A stretch of DNA of 64,000 nucleotides from an uncultured Thermoleophilia bacterium. GTDB taxonomy: Bacteria > Actinomycetota > Thermoleophilia > UBA2241. Shown here in pieces: positions 1 through 8,752 of this stretch (within the stretch, counting starts at the first letter, position 1; each line of letters starts with the position of its first letter). The position numbers were made by a program, and so were the translations under genes. Location of the stretch: the NCBI GenBank assembly GCA_963798285.1, contig CAWCSR010000003.1:500-64499 (forward strand), read 5' to 3'. Under the pieces are notes generated by a model. The model saw only the letters and a program-made list of their open reading frames with translations. It did not search any database and was not told the origin of the DNA.

Positions 1-212
1 GGCACGCACGGCGCAGTCCGGGCCTCGGGCAGCGGCCGTGCATGAGGCCCCGGCCGGGTCGGTAGAAGTCGATGCTCGCGCCTTTCCTCGAGCGAGATCG
101 CCACGTCGCACTTGCAGCAGAAGACCGAGCTGGCTGGGTCCAAGCCGCAGAGGGCACGCTGTTCGTCGGTGGCGGCGTCGGGGCGGTCGACGGTACGGGG
201 CGGACTGATCAT
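1..212 (-). CDS. Small Cys/His-rich protein (3'-partial, one apparent frameshift); paralog of 3366..3614
   Basis: The ATG at 212 overlaps the stop of the upstream rep gene (ATGA). Manual translation gives ...VFCCKCDVAISLEER / ASIDFYRPGRGLMHGRCPRPG, matching VYCAACDQAISLEERALLGWYRPGRGLVHGRCPRPG of 3366..3614. Confidence 0.65.
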   Translation of the reverse strand, partial: MISPPRTVDRPDAATDEQRALCGLDPASSVFCCKCDVAISLEERREHRLLPTRPGPHARPLPEARTAPCV

Positions 213-874
213 GCGGACTCCTTCGCCGAACTCGCGGCGTAACGGGTGCTAGCGCGCTCCATCGCGGCGCGCAGCTTCGGATCACGAGTGGCGGCGATCA
301 CGTCGCCAATCGGGCGAGGGTCGCCACTGCCACTGCGTTCCCAGCGTCTAGCGCCCGGGCCGCGCTCTTCAGCGGCGCGCGGACCGGGCGCGCTGTCAGG
401 GAATGTTCAAAGACTGTTCAAGACACTGTTCGGCGGCACCGGTGACCGGGGTGCGAGGCCCTGGGTGTCCGGGGCGGCGGACACGAGTGTCCGGGTTGGA
501 GGACACGGGTGTCCGGGGTGGTGGCCGCCGACGTCGTACCCCGGTCATCGGTGTCCGGGGCTCTCGGGCGGAAGAGGTGTTTCAGAAAGTAGGTGTTGCT
601 GGCGACTCCCCGCCGTCGCGACCTCCACGAGCCCCCAGCTCTCGAGGTCCCGGATCGCACGCGACCGTGCGCGCGGTGCACCCGGCCTGGCGGCGATCTT
701 CTCCTCACCAGGGAAGCAGATGCCCGATCGGTCGGCATGGAGGTAGAGGATGTCGATGACCGCCCGATGGCTGGCTCGCGCGTTGTGGCGCTTCAGCGTT
801 TTGAACACCGACGCCGGGATGAACGCGGTCTGCTCAAACTCGGGTTGCGGCACCCCTCGGCGCTCGCTGGACAC
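209..874 (-). CDS. Phage-type replication initiator with N-terminal winged HTH (HTH_36-like), frameshifted
   Basis: ORF 545..874 has LYLHADRSGICFPGEEKIA...SRAIRDLESWGLV (HTH_36-like). It continues in other frames through a Pro/Thr-rich repeat stretch and EQCLEQSLN to a stop at 209-211. Confidence 0.6.
465..559. repeat. Iteron-like repeats (GTGTCCGGG x4; GGACAC-N2-GTGTCC palindrome x2), putative origin
   Basis: GTGTCC starts at 465, 487, 509 (22-bp period) and 551. Palindromes lie at 479-492 and 501-514. All are inside the initiator gene. Confidence 0.55.
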
Positions 875-878
875 CGCG

Positions 879-1106
879 TCAGCTGGCTGCGACGCGGCCG
901 GCGGCGAACGCCTCGATGTCGACGCGCCGGTACAGGTTGCGCCTGATGCCGCCTGGCAGGTCGACCGGGCGGATCGCGCCGGCGGCGACCCACTTGCGGA
1001 ACGTCACCTGGCTGACGGAGCAGAGCTCGGACGCGACCTTCTCGGAGACGAGGATCCGCTCCGACGTCGGGACCTTCTCGGGGGATTGGGCGTGTGCTAC
1101 GGTCAT
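879..1106 (-). CDS. Excisionase/AlpA-like HTH protein (element 1)
   Basis: SEKVASELCSVSQVTFRKWVAAGAIRPVDL...LYRRVDIEAF is an HTH_17/MerR-like Xis pattern; GAGGAG RBS upstream. Confidence 0.75.
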   Translation of the reverse strand: MTVAHAQSPEKVPTSERILVSEKVASELCSVSQVTFRKWVAAGAIRPVDLPGGIRRNLYRRVDIEAFAAGRVAAS

Positions 1107-1362
1107 GCGGCACTCCTCGGGGTGTCGGGGCCGTCTTACTTCCAGGCAGGGCGGCCCTGTTACATGGTCTGTGACGCCACTATAGGCAGTGGTCTGGCGA
1201 TGGGAAAGTGGCTGCTCATGGCGGGCCCAATGATTGGCCCTAAATGAGCTCCCATGAGCGCAAGAGGACTGGACCATGGGGCCACCAGGAACGACGACGC
1301 GGCGTCCTGTCGATGGCCTCTCCTGAATATCTGCTCAACATGGATGACGCGCCAGGGCACGG

Positions 1363-1398
1363 AAAAGGCCCCAGGTGGTCGATCCACCCCGGGGCCTT
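1363..1398 (-). terminator. Probable intrinsic terminator
   Basis: AAGGCCCC...GGGGCCTT stem followed by a T-run on the minus strand, just after ORF 1418..1582. Confidence 0.55.
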
Positions 1399-1417
1399 GT
1401 TCCGACCGACTCGGCTG

Positions 1418-1582
1418 CTACGCGCGCCCGTGGCTCTCCACGTCCGCGACGAGGGCCGCCAGGGCCTCGGGGTCGTCAGGATCTCGGCCCTCGCCTTCGG
1501 CCTTCAGGCACCGTCGCAGCAGGTAGCTGCACTCCGCGTCCTTGTCCTTGGCGGTCTGCTCCCACGTCGGCTGCTTCGTCAT
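1418..1582 (-). CDS. Small hypothetical protein (54 aa)
   Basis: MTKQPTWEQ..., AAGGAG RBS, directly downstream of the integrase and followed by the terminator. Confidence 0.5.
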   Translation of the reverse strand: MTKQPTWEQTAKDKDAECSYLLRRCLKAEGEGRDPDDPEALAALVADVESHGRA

Positions 1583-1620
1583 GGATGTGCTCCTTCGGAT
1601 GTTGATCAAAGGAACGGTGT

Positions 1621-2873
1621 TCACAGGAGGCCGTCGGCGACGTCGACGCCCTCCCGTTGCTCGGTCGTCAGCACATGGCTGTAGACCCTGAGGGTGACGA
1701 GGCTCGAGCTGTGCCCCAGGCGGCGACTGACGACCTCGACGCGCACCCCGCCAGCAAGCAGATCCGGTCGCGAAGGCATGACGGTGCGCATGGATGCCGT
1801 GATTCCACGGCGGCTCGAAGTCCTCGACCTTGCCGCCGCGCAAGAACGTACTCGGTCAGGGCAACCTCGTTGGCGTGATGGACACCGCGTCGCCACGTCT
1901 TCTGGAAGGAGTCGGGCGCCCACCAGCGGCCGGCCGGCAGAAGGTCGCCGTCGTGCGTGAACGAAACGTGGAGGGTCGGGAAGACCCAGTGCTCGTCCTG
2001 TTCCACAGCGACCCACCAGCCGTCCTTCTGGAGCCGCATACGAGCCTCGGCGATCATGCGCTTCTGCTGCCTGAAGACGGCGGCGACGTTTGCGTCAAAG
2101 GGAACGTCCCGCCGGCTGCGCTTGGTCTTGAGCGCCGTGCGCTCGATCACACCGTCGACCTGCTCGAGCTTCCCTCTGACGCGCAGCGTCCCGGCCTCGA
2201 AGTCCACGTCCTCCCACTTGAGGCCGAGAAGCTCGGAGATGCGCAGGCCGGTCCCCAGGGCGATCGCGGAGATCGTCTCGATGCTGGTCCCCTTCGCCGC
2301 TGCCACGAATCTCCGTGCGGACTCGGGGTCGATGCCCGGCTCCTCGTCTTCGAGCGACTCCACCGCGTCATCCTTGGGCACCTTGGCGACCGTGCAGGGG
2401 TTGATCCGCACGAGCCCGTCGACGCTGGCGCGCTTGAGCACCATCGACAAGACGCGATGCACACCCCGGATCGTCTCCACGCTGATCGGCTCGCCGACAG
2501 AACCGCGCTCGCGCAGGTCGGCATAGAAGCCGGTGATGGCGGTCACGTCGACGTCGCGGACCTTCATCTTGCCGATGTCGTGGCGCCCCACGTATCGCGT
2601 CAGAACACGCCGGTACGAGGCAAGCGTTGCCCGGCTAACCTCACTGCGCCTCGTCTCCAGCCACCGCGTCGCGTAGCCGTTCAGGTCCTCAGCGTGGACG
2701 ACGAGCAAGCCCTCGTCCCTGAGCTTGAGCAGATCGCGCTCGACCTTCTCCGCCGCGCGCTGGCCCTTGACCCGCTTGGTGATCTTCTCCGGCTTCTGGC
2801 CGCGCGTCTTCACCCGGTCGTACACACAGACGTCGTACCAGCCGGGTCGGTTTTTGAGTTCAGTAACGGACAC
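1621..2873 (-). CDS. Tyrosine recombinase/integrase of element 1 (frameshifts near ~1845 and ~1765)
   Basis: TGLRISELLGL (catalytic R) and LKT (K); after the frame changes, GIHAHRH (HxxR), LGH and VYSH (Y). Adjacent to the tRNA-Arg 3' end. Confidence 0.9.
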
Positions 2874-2908
2874 GAGGAGCCCTCCTTCGAACGACGCCTG
2901 ACCTCGCT

Positions 2909-2930
2909 AGTATCCGACCAAGTATCCGAC
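2909..2930. repeat. Direct repeat AGTATCCGAC x2, probable integrase arm-type sites
   Basis: Copies at 2909-2918 and 2921-2930 (12-bp period), between the tRNA-Arg end and the integrase start. Confidence 0.5.
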
Positions 2931-2985
2931 GGTGCAAGGGATCAGAATATGGTTATCAGGAAAGGTGCCGATTAGCGGGGAAGTT

Positions 2986-3062
2986 TGGCGCGCCCGGCAG
3001 GATTCGAACCTGCGACCTGAAGATTAGAAGTCTCCTGCTCTATCCAGCTGAGCTACGGGCGC
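2986..3062 (-). tRNA. tRNA-Arg(TCT)
   Basis: GCGCCCGTAGCTCAGCTGGATAGAGC...CT-TCT-AA...GGTTCGAATCC...CCA, 77 nt cloverleaf. Confidence 0.96.
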
Positions 3063-3109
3063 CCGGGAAGGCAAGTATATGAGGCGGGAGTCCCCGGCAC
3101 GAGAACAAA

Positions 3110-3185
3110 TGGAGCGGGAGACGGGTTTCGAACCCGCGACCCTCAGCTTGGAAGGCTGATGCTCTACCAACTGAGCTACTCCCGC
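3110..3185 (-). tRNA. tRNA-Gly(TCC)
   Basis: GCGGGAGTAGCTCAGTTGGTAGAGC...CT-TCC-AA...GGTTCGAAACCC...CCA, 76 nt. Confidence 0.96.
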
Positions 3186-3196
3186 TCGAGAGAAGC

Positions 3197-3241
3197 TGGT
3201 CGGGACGGCGAGATTTGAACTCGCGACCCCCTGCTCCCAAA
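3197..3241 (-). repeat. att site: duplicated 3' 45 nt of tRNA-Pro
   Basis: Identical to 11959-12003 (TGGTCGGGACGGCGAGATTTGAACTCGCGACCCCCTGCTCCCAAA). Identity ends at the anticodon loop. Confidence 0.95.
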
Positions 3242-3326
3242 CTAGTAGCGGACAGTCACCTACGCTCGTCTCGACTCATCACGGAGACTCTACCACGGCT
3301 GACCCGGTGAATCCGAGGCGGCGCAT

Positions 3327-3346
3327 TTGCGCCAGCACTTGCGCCG
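3327..3346. repeat. Arm-type site pair TTGCGCC(A/G) x2 near the left att
   Basis: Copies at 3327 and 3339 (12-bp period). The same pair with the same spacing occurs at 11882 and 11894 near the right att. Confidence 0.6.
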
Positions 3347-3365
3347 ACCCGCGCGCCGGCCGGGA

Positions 3366-3614
3366 TCACGAAGCCAGTCTGTGGCGAGCCTCGGCCCTTG
3401 CATACTGCGCGACACGGGCGGCGCGCTCCCTCTCGGGCAGACGGGGCGCGGATCCCGGCCGCGGGCACCGGCCATGAACGAGTCCCCGACCAGGACGATA
3501 CCAGCCGAGGAGCGCGCGCTCCTCGAGGCTGATCGCCTGGTCACAGGCGGCGCAGTAAACCGGGTCGGCCCCATAGATCTCGAGCTGGTCGTCGTTGAGT
3601 GCGCACCGGCTCAT
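3366..3614 (-). CDS. Small Cys/His-rich (CxxC...HGRC) protein
   Basis: 82 aa, ATGA-coupled to the primase-ATPase stop; homolog at 1..212. Confidence 0.7.
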   Translation of the reverse strand: MSRCALNDDQLEIYGADPVYCAACDQAISLEERALLGWYRPGRGLVHGRCPRPGSAPRLPERERAARVAQYARAEARHRLAS

Positions 3615-5830
3615 GCCGCGCTCCCCGAGGGTTCGAGCCGCGCGTCGATCAGGCGGCGGGCCGCCTCCTCGTCCACGAGCACCAGGCGCGACTTGCCACC
3701 GTTCGGGCCGACCACGCCAGCAACCTCGAGCAGGTCCAACACCTGCTCCGCCTCGGCCTCATAGAGCCCGAGGCGCTTCTGCAGCAGCGACGAGGAGGCG
3801 GCGCCGACGGCGATGACGAGGTTGGCGGCGTCCCTGATGACAGGGATGGAGGAGTCAGCGGGCGCGGGCGTCGCGGTCTGGGCGACCGCGGGCACGAACT
3901 CTTCCGTCACCTCGGCGACGGCGGGTTCGTCGTCGCCGAGAAGACACCCGGGGCTATTGCCACCGGTGAAGGCTGAAACGGTGGAACACCCTATCTGTTC
4001 GGGCGTCGGCAGGCCGCAGTCAGACGGCAGCGGCTCGCCGACACGAAGCTTCGCCGGGCGTCCCTTGGCGGTCTCATCGTCGACGAGCCACCCGCCGCGC
4101 TTGGCCGTGGAAACGCGCCTGGAAACGGCCGCTTTTGAGAGGTTCAGGGCACGCATGATGTCGGTCTGTGAGGCATGCACGTGGCCGGCGGCGATATGGT
4201 CGGCGACGGCCTGGACGACCTCCCGCACCTTCTGCCCGGCACCGGTGTTCGACGCCTTGTAGACCTCCCCCACCAGATGGAACACCTCGGCGTAGTCCTC
4301 CGGAACAGCTACCCAGCGACCGGCGCGGTCGCGCTCGCGGCGAGGATGCCGAAGAACTGTGACCGCTTTGACCAGACTGAGCAGGCGGGCGAAGTCTCGC
4401 ACCACCCGCGTGTCGGCCGGCTGCGCCGCGAGGTGCTGAGCGATCGCACCGGCGAAGGGCACCACGACGTCCCACGGAGCCAGCTCCTGCAGATACCCCT
4501 GGTAGGCGACCAGCGCAGGGTCCGGGTCAGGACTGCCGCCCGCAAGCTCGAGCGATGCCTGGGCACGCAAGGCATGGCCTAGCTGAGCGTGGTCGTCGGG
4601 CACTTCGAGGATGAACACCCTGGTATCGAGCTGCGGGCCGAGGCGCCGGGTTGAGGTCGTCACCATCGTCGTCGGTCCGGGCTTGGAAATCTCGCGCACC
4701 GTGAAGTCGCCCGTCACCGGGTCGCGCACCGTGACCGCGTAGTGCAGGCGGTGGTCTGCCAACATGTTCCGGACGGCCGACGCCGCGGGGTTGTCCTCGC
4801 CGGCGGGCAGCGAGTCGGCCTCACCGAACACGGCCACGCGGTGCTCGAGCTCGGCGTCGTCATAGATCAGCGTCCGCGGCGAGCCGGCGTCGATCAGGTG
4901 ATACGCCGCCTCGGGGAGGTGGACGAGCGCGACGCCGAGGGCGTAGGACTTGCCGGCGGAGGCGGGCCCGAGGATCAGCAGGTGCACCGGCATCGCGCCC
5001 GTCCGCATGGCCAACACACGGCCGGTCAAGGCGAGCAGCACGACCGTCGGCGCGCCCAGGTCGCCGCCATATCCTTGACCGCGGATGGAGTCACGGAAGA
5101 GGGCGAGCGGGTCAGGGTGTTCGAGCACCGTCTTGGCCGCGGCGCGCAGCTCAGGGAGGCGGACCTCGTGCCGCCGGGCGACTATCTCGCTGAGCGGGAG
5201 GGCCGTGGCGCGCAGCTCGTCGACGAGCGCGGCCACGTCCCGGCCGTCCACGTGAGCATCGGAGATGTCTTTGACGCCTTCGGGAGCGACGATCACGCGG
5301 AGGTCCGGCAGGTCGCGTCCGATGCGCTCCGGAAAGTCCTCCGCATCGGGTTCCTGCCACACGTACACCTCAAGGCTCGCCAGATGTTCGGCCATGCCGG
5401 GCTGCCAGCTGGACTTGCCGGGCACGCCGACGACGGGGAGGCCGTAGTGCCAGCCGGCCCAGCAGTCGGACTCACCCTCGACGACGAGCACCCAGCCGGC
5501 GGCGCGGGCCGCGTCCAGACGGGTGAGGCCGTAGAGGTGAACCGCCTTGTCACCAGAGCGCCAGCGAAAGCGGTCATCGGCTCCGTCGGGGTTCTTGCAC
5601 AGGGCGTTCCGGAACCGCACCGCCAGTGTTCCCCCATCGGCGGCGTGGTATGGGATAGCGACGACGCTCCTGCCGCTGCGCATCCGCTGCGTGCAACCAT
5701 GCTCCACGAGCTCGGATTGGGGCAGCCGCTTGAGGTCCGCCAGCGACTCGAGCGTCACGCCCTGGTCTGGGTGTTCCACCGTTTCATCGTTTCCCGGTGA
5801 GAATGGCGAGGGTTCTTTTCCGGCGGTCAT
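3611..5830 (-). CDS. Toprim primase + P-loop ATPase/helicase + wHTH + C-terminal FtsK-gamma-like domain
   Basis: VLVVEGESD and VKDISD (Toprim); GPASAGKS (Walker A); SQTDIMRALNLSKAAVSRRV (HTH); AANLVIAVGAASSSLLQKRL...LEVAGVVGPNGGKSRLVL (FtsK-gamma pattern). Confidence 0.85.
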   Translation of the reverse strand: MTAGKEPSPFSPGNDETVEHPDQGVTLESLADLKRLPQSELVEHGCTQRMRSGRSVVAIPYHAADGGTLAVRFRNALCKNPDGADDRFRWRSGDKAVHLYGLTRLDAARAAGWVLVVEGESDCWAGWHYGLPVVGVPGKSSWQPGMAEHLASLEVYVWQEPDAEDFPERIGRDLPDLRVIVAPEGVKDISDAHVDGRDVAALVDELRATALPLSEIVARRHEVRLPELRAAAKTVLEHPDPLALFRDSIRGQGYGGDLGAPTVVLLALTGRVLAMRTGAMPVHLLILGPASAGKSYALGVALVHLPEAAYHLIDAGSPRTLIYDDAELEHRVAVFGEADSLPAGEDNPAASAVRNMLADHRLHYAVTVRDPVTGDFTVREISKPGPTTMVTTSTRRLGPQLDTRVFILEVPDDHAQLGHALRAQASLELAGGSPDPDPALVAYQGYLQELAPWDVVVPFAGAIAQHLAAQPADTRVVRDFARLLSLVKAVTVLRHPRRERDRAGRWVAVPEDYAEVFHLVGEVYKASNTGAGQKVREVVQAVADHIAAGHVHASQTDIMRALNLSKAAVSRRVSTAKRGGWLVDDETAKGRPAKLRVGEPLPSDCGLPTPEQIGCSTVSAFTGGNSPGCLLGDDEPAVAEVTEEFVPAVAQTATPAPADSSIPVIRDAANLVIAVGAASSSLLQKRLGLYEAEAEQVLDLLEVAGVVGPNGGKSRLVLVDEEAARRLIDARLEPSGSAA

Positions 5831-6075
5831 CTGCGCCCCCGTGAACTCCGTCTGCGAGGGAAGAGGTCGCGCCACTCCAAGCCGAGAGCGCCGAGCACGG
5901 CGCTCGTCTCGCACCCCGCCCAGCAGCGCAGCAGCACAGTGCCGTCGCCAGCCTCTCGAATGCCGAGCGAGGGCGTGCGATCCTTGTGGGCTGGGCACGC
6001 GGCCAGGTACTTGCCCTCGCCGCACCTCTTCACGTGCTCGAGTCGCTCAAGAAGGAGGTCGATAGGCGCGCTCAT
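5827..6075 (-). CDS. Stand-alone primase zinc-binding domain (CHC2-like)
   Basis: ACPAHKDRTPSL...LLRCWAGC; ATGA-coupled to the Toprim gene. Confidence 0.85.
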   Translation of the reverse strand: MSAPIDLLLERLEHVKRCGEGKYLAACPAHKDRTPSLGIREAGDGTVLLRCWAGCETSAVLGALGLEWRDLFPRRRSSRGRR

Positions 6076-6089
6076 CGTGGTGACCACCG

Positions 6090-6317
6090 TCAGGAGGCGT
6101 CGCGGCGGCACGCGCGTTCTGTGACAACCTCGTCGATCTCGTCGGCGGCGAAGAGCACGCGCCGCAGTTCGAAGAGGTTGACCGGGTGTAGGACTCCCTG
6201 CTTGGTCCAGCGGTCGATCGTGACCACGCTGACCCCGAGGCGACCCGCGACCTGTTCGCGGGTCAGCAGCCGGGCGTCGGGCGCGGCCGGCTTCCGAGAG
6301 CTCATCTTGCGTGCCAT
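6090..6317 (-). CDS. AlpA/excisionase-like HTH protein
   Basis: LLTREQVAGRLGVSVVTIDRWTKQGVL; GGAGG RBS. Confidence 0.85.
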   Translation of the reverse strand: MARKMSSRKPAAPDARLLTREQVAGRLGVSVVTIDRWTKQGVLHPVNLFELRRVLFAADEIDEVVTERACRRDAS

Positions 6318-6611
6318 GCGGTCCTCCAGACTCGTTTGCTGTTGTCACGAGTCTGCCGTGACCGTCACTCGACCCCCTGCCCTTTCGTGCTTTCTAGCCG
6401 CAAACTAGAGGTTTCTGTTGCGTCAGGCTGGGCGCCGGCCGGCGCGTGCCGCCTCACCAGGGTCCGCACCCGCGTCGTGCGGTACGCGAAGTCCGCCCAC
6501 AGGCGCTGTGTCGAATCTGTGTCAAGGACGGCCTTTCCAGCCTCCGCGCCGGTTTCGGGTGACGGTCGCACGACCATGGAGACGGAACCTGAACCATGAG
6601 TCGAAAGGACC

Positions 6612-7904
6612 GTGAAGATGTTGAAGCGACCGTTTGAGAGCGGCGGGGATCCCCAGCTGCGGAGCCTCCGCGAGCGTCACGAGAGGCTGACCGCCGGCGC
6701 CTCCGAGGCTTGGGCCAACCTGGAGCAGGCGCGCAAGGGCTACGGCGCCGAGCCCACCACGGCGCAGACCCGCGCCCTCGAGACCATGCAGGCCGAGTAC
6801 GACCGCACGGCCGCCGAGTCGACCGGAGCCGAGAGCGAGTACCGGGACGCACTCTCCCGCTACGACGGCTCCGGCACCGGTACGGCCTCCGGTACGGCCT
6901 CCGGCGCACGCCGTATCGGTGAGCTGCGCTCCTACGGCCGTGGTGACGACCTACGCGCGAAGATGCGCGCCGACGGACCGACGCTCGGCGAGATCGTGCG
7001 CTCCATGGTCACCGGCAGGGCCATCTCGGGCTACAGCCTGCTCAGCTCCGGCGTCTCCGGGGCGCTGCCGGACTACGAGGTGCTCGGCATCGTCGGGCAA
7101 GCCCTGCAGGAGTCCGTGATCTTCTCGGCGGGTGCCCGTGTCGTCCCGATGGACGCTCCGTCCGTGAAGCTCGCCCGGGTCACCTCGACGCCGGACATCG
7201 AGATCAAGCCCGAGGCCGACGACCGCGACCTGACCGACCAGGCGATCGGCTTCACGCCGGTGTCGATGGACGCCAACTCCGCGTTCCTGTACGGCACTAC
7301 GACCCTCGAGGCCGTCGAGGACGTGGCGAACCTCGAGGAGACGATCACCGGAATCTTCAGCCGCCAGCTCGCCCGCGCCTGGGACAAGTACGCCCTCGGC
7401 GGCGACGGCAACGGTGAGCCGCTCGGCCTCGGCTACATGTTCGCCGCCGACGGCGTCAGCGAGGTCGACGCCGACGCCGAGGCTCCGCTCGCGAGCTACG
7501 CCAAGCTCATCGAGGCGGTCGGCCGCGTGCGGGCCCAGCACCACAACCCCACGGCCGTCGTCCTGGACGTGCCGAGCTGGGCCACCTTGGCGATGCTGAC
7601 CGCGACCGACGACCAGCCGCTCGTGCCACCGAAGGCGTACAGCGACCTCGGCGAGTACGTCAGCGACTTCGTCTCGCTGGGCGCCGGCAGCACGTCGAAC
7701 GCCGTCGTGGGCGACTTCAGCCGGCTCCTGGTCGGTGTGCGCACCAACGTGCAGGTTGAGGTCAACACCACCGGTCCCGAGTTCAAGCAGGGCAAGGTCG
7801 CGATCAGGGCCCGGATGCGCTGGGGCTCGTTCGTCGACGATCCGTCAGCCTTCGCCGTCGTCCGTAACCTGCACGCCGTCTCGCTGGCTCCCGACGAGTC
7901 CTGA
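6612..7904 (+). CDS. HK97-family major capsid protein with N-terminal coiled-coil (delta/scaffold-like) region
   Basis: N-terminal ~100 aa helical region, then ...LARAWDKYALGGDGNGEPLGL...AVVGDFSRLLVGVR...FKQGKVAIRARMRW...DPSAFAVV. Confidence 0.9.
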   Translation: MKMLKRPFESGGDPQLRSLRERHERLTAGASEAWANLEQARKGYGAEPTTAQTRALETMQAEYDRTAAESTGAESEYRDALSRYDGSGTGTASGTASGARRIGELRSYGRGDDLRAKMRADGPTLGEIVRSMVTGRAISGYSLLSSGVSGALPDYEVLGIVGQALQESVIFSAGARVVPMDAPSVKLARVTSTPDIEIKPEADDRDLTDQAIGFTPVSMDANSAFLYGTTTLEAVEDVANLEETITGIFSRQLARAWDKYALGGDGNGEPLGLGYMFAADGVSEVDADAEAPLASYAKLIEAVGRVRAQHHNPTAVVLDVPSWATLAMLTATDDQPLVPPKAYSDLGEYVSDFVSLGAGSTSNAVVGDFSRLLVGVRTNVQVEVNTTGPEFKQGKVAIRARMRWGSFVDDPSAFAVVRNLHAVSLAPDES

Positions 7905-7908
7905 CGCC

Positions 7909-8400
7909 ATGCGGACCCACGAGACGGTCACCTACTCCCAGGCGCCTCCCGGCGCCGCGGTCGCGGCCGACGCCGCCGGCCGGGTGAGCGGCCTCGCCAT
8001 CGTGTGGGACGTGCCCTCGCTCGACCGCGGCGGCTACCGCGACGTGTTCGCGCGTGGCTGCCTGCAGATCGGTCCCGACGTTACGGCGCTGCTCAGTCAC
8101 GACGCATCTGTGATCCTCGGCCGCACAACCGCCGGCACGCTCAGGCTCGATGACCAGGCCGACGGCGTTCACTTCAACCTCGACTTGCCGGACACGCAGG
8201 CGGGCCGCGACCTGCTCACGTCGCTGAAGCGTGGCGACGTGAGCCAGTGCTCTTTCTCGGCCCTGATCCTCGAGGAGGACTGGGACTACAACCGCATACT
8301 GCAGACTCCAGTTCGCACGATCCTGTCCGCAGAGCTCCTCGAGATATCCGTCGTACCGATGCCGGCCTTCCCGGCGACGACCGCCCAGGTGGTGGAGTGA
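7909..8400 (+). CDS. HK97-family prohead (maturation) protease
   Basis: GLAIVWD, LLSHD (His), LGRTTAGTLRL, LPDTQAGRDL, SQCSFS (Ser), EISVVPMPAFP. Confidence 0.92.
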   Translation: MRTHETVTYSQAPPGAAVAADAAGRVSGLAIVWDVPSLDRGGYRDVFARGCLQIGPDVTALLSHDASVILGRTTAGTLRLDDQADGVHFNLDLPDTQAGRDLLTSLKRGDVSQCSFSALILEEDWDYNRILQTPVRTILSAELLEISVVPMPAFPATTAQVVE

Positions 8401-8738
8401 TGGCCGACCGCACAACGCACTGCCGCTACTGTGGCCGTGCTCTCACGAATGCCGAGACGGGCAGGCCGCTGCTCTTCTGCAACGACGTGCACCGCAAGTG
8501 GTACGCCAAGGCGACCGCCGACCAGGTGCAGGCGTTCCTGGACGACGTGGCCGCCACCCGCACCGTGAGTGAAGTACGCGACCTGCAGCACGATCTGCTG
8601 GCGCTGCGGGCCTCCTGCCAGCGCCTCGCCCACCGCCTCGAGGCCGCGGGCGACGGCGTGACGCATGCCCGCATCGCCGCTGTCGCCGCCGAGCTCGGGC
8701 GCACGCTCGCCCGCCACTTCGGCAGGCAGGAGGAGTGA
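8400..8738 (+). CDS. Zn-finger (CxxC...CxxxH) plus helical protein, paralog 1
   Basis: HCRYCGRAL...GRPLLFCNDVHRKWY; TGATG-coupled to the protease. Confidence 0.7.
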   Translation: MADRTTHCRYCGRALTNAETGRPLLFCNDVHRKWYAKATADQVQAFLDDVAATRTVSEVRDLQHDLLALRASCQRLAHRLEAAGDGVTHARIAAVAAELGRTLARHFGRQEE

Positions 8739-8752
8739 TGAGCCGCGCCGCT

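Larger units (their letters stand above)
1..2985 (-). mobile_element. Integrative element 1 (partial) inserted at the tRNA-Arg(TCT) 3' end
   Basis: int-small ORF-xis-rep-small Zn gene abut the tRNA 3' end. The second att copy is not in the window. Confidence 0.75.

Noticed and set aside
404-431. TGTTC x3 as LexA half-sites (also GAAC-N3-GTTC at 1612-1622)
   Set aside because: The spacing does not fit GAAC-N4-GTTC, and the first set is explained by coding for EQCLEQSLN.
3197-3241. A second tRNA-Pro gene
   Set aside because: Only the 3' 45 nt are present, without the D-arm or 5' acceptor strand. It is the att duplicate.
6878-6904. 12-bp tandem repeat CCGGTACGGCCT in the capsid gene
   Set aside because: It encodes a GTAS-GTAS linker with only about two copies, so there is no evidence of a DNA-level function.
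6612-7904. Encapsulin nanocompartment interpretation of the HK97-fold gene
   Set aside because: It has an N-terminal scaffold-like region and an adjacent prohead protease, and it lies in an att-bounded island with no cargo enzyme. A phage-type capsid fits better.
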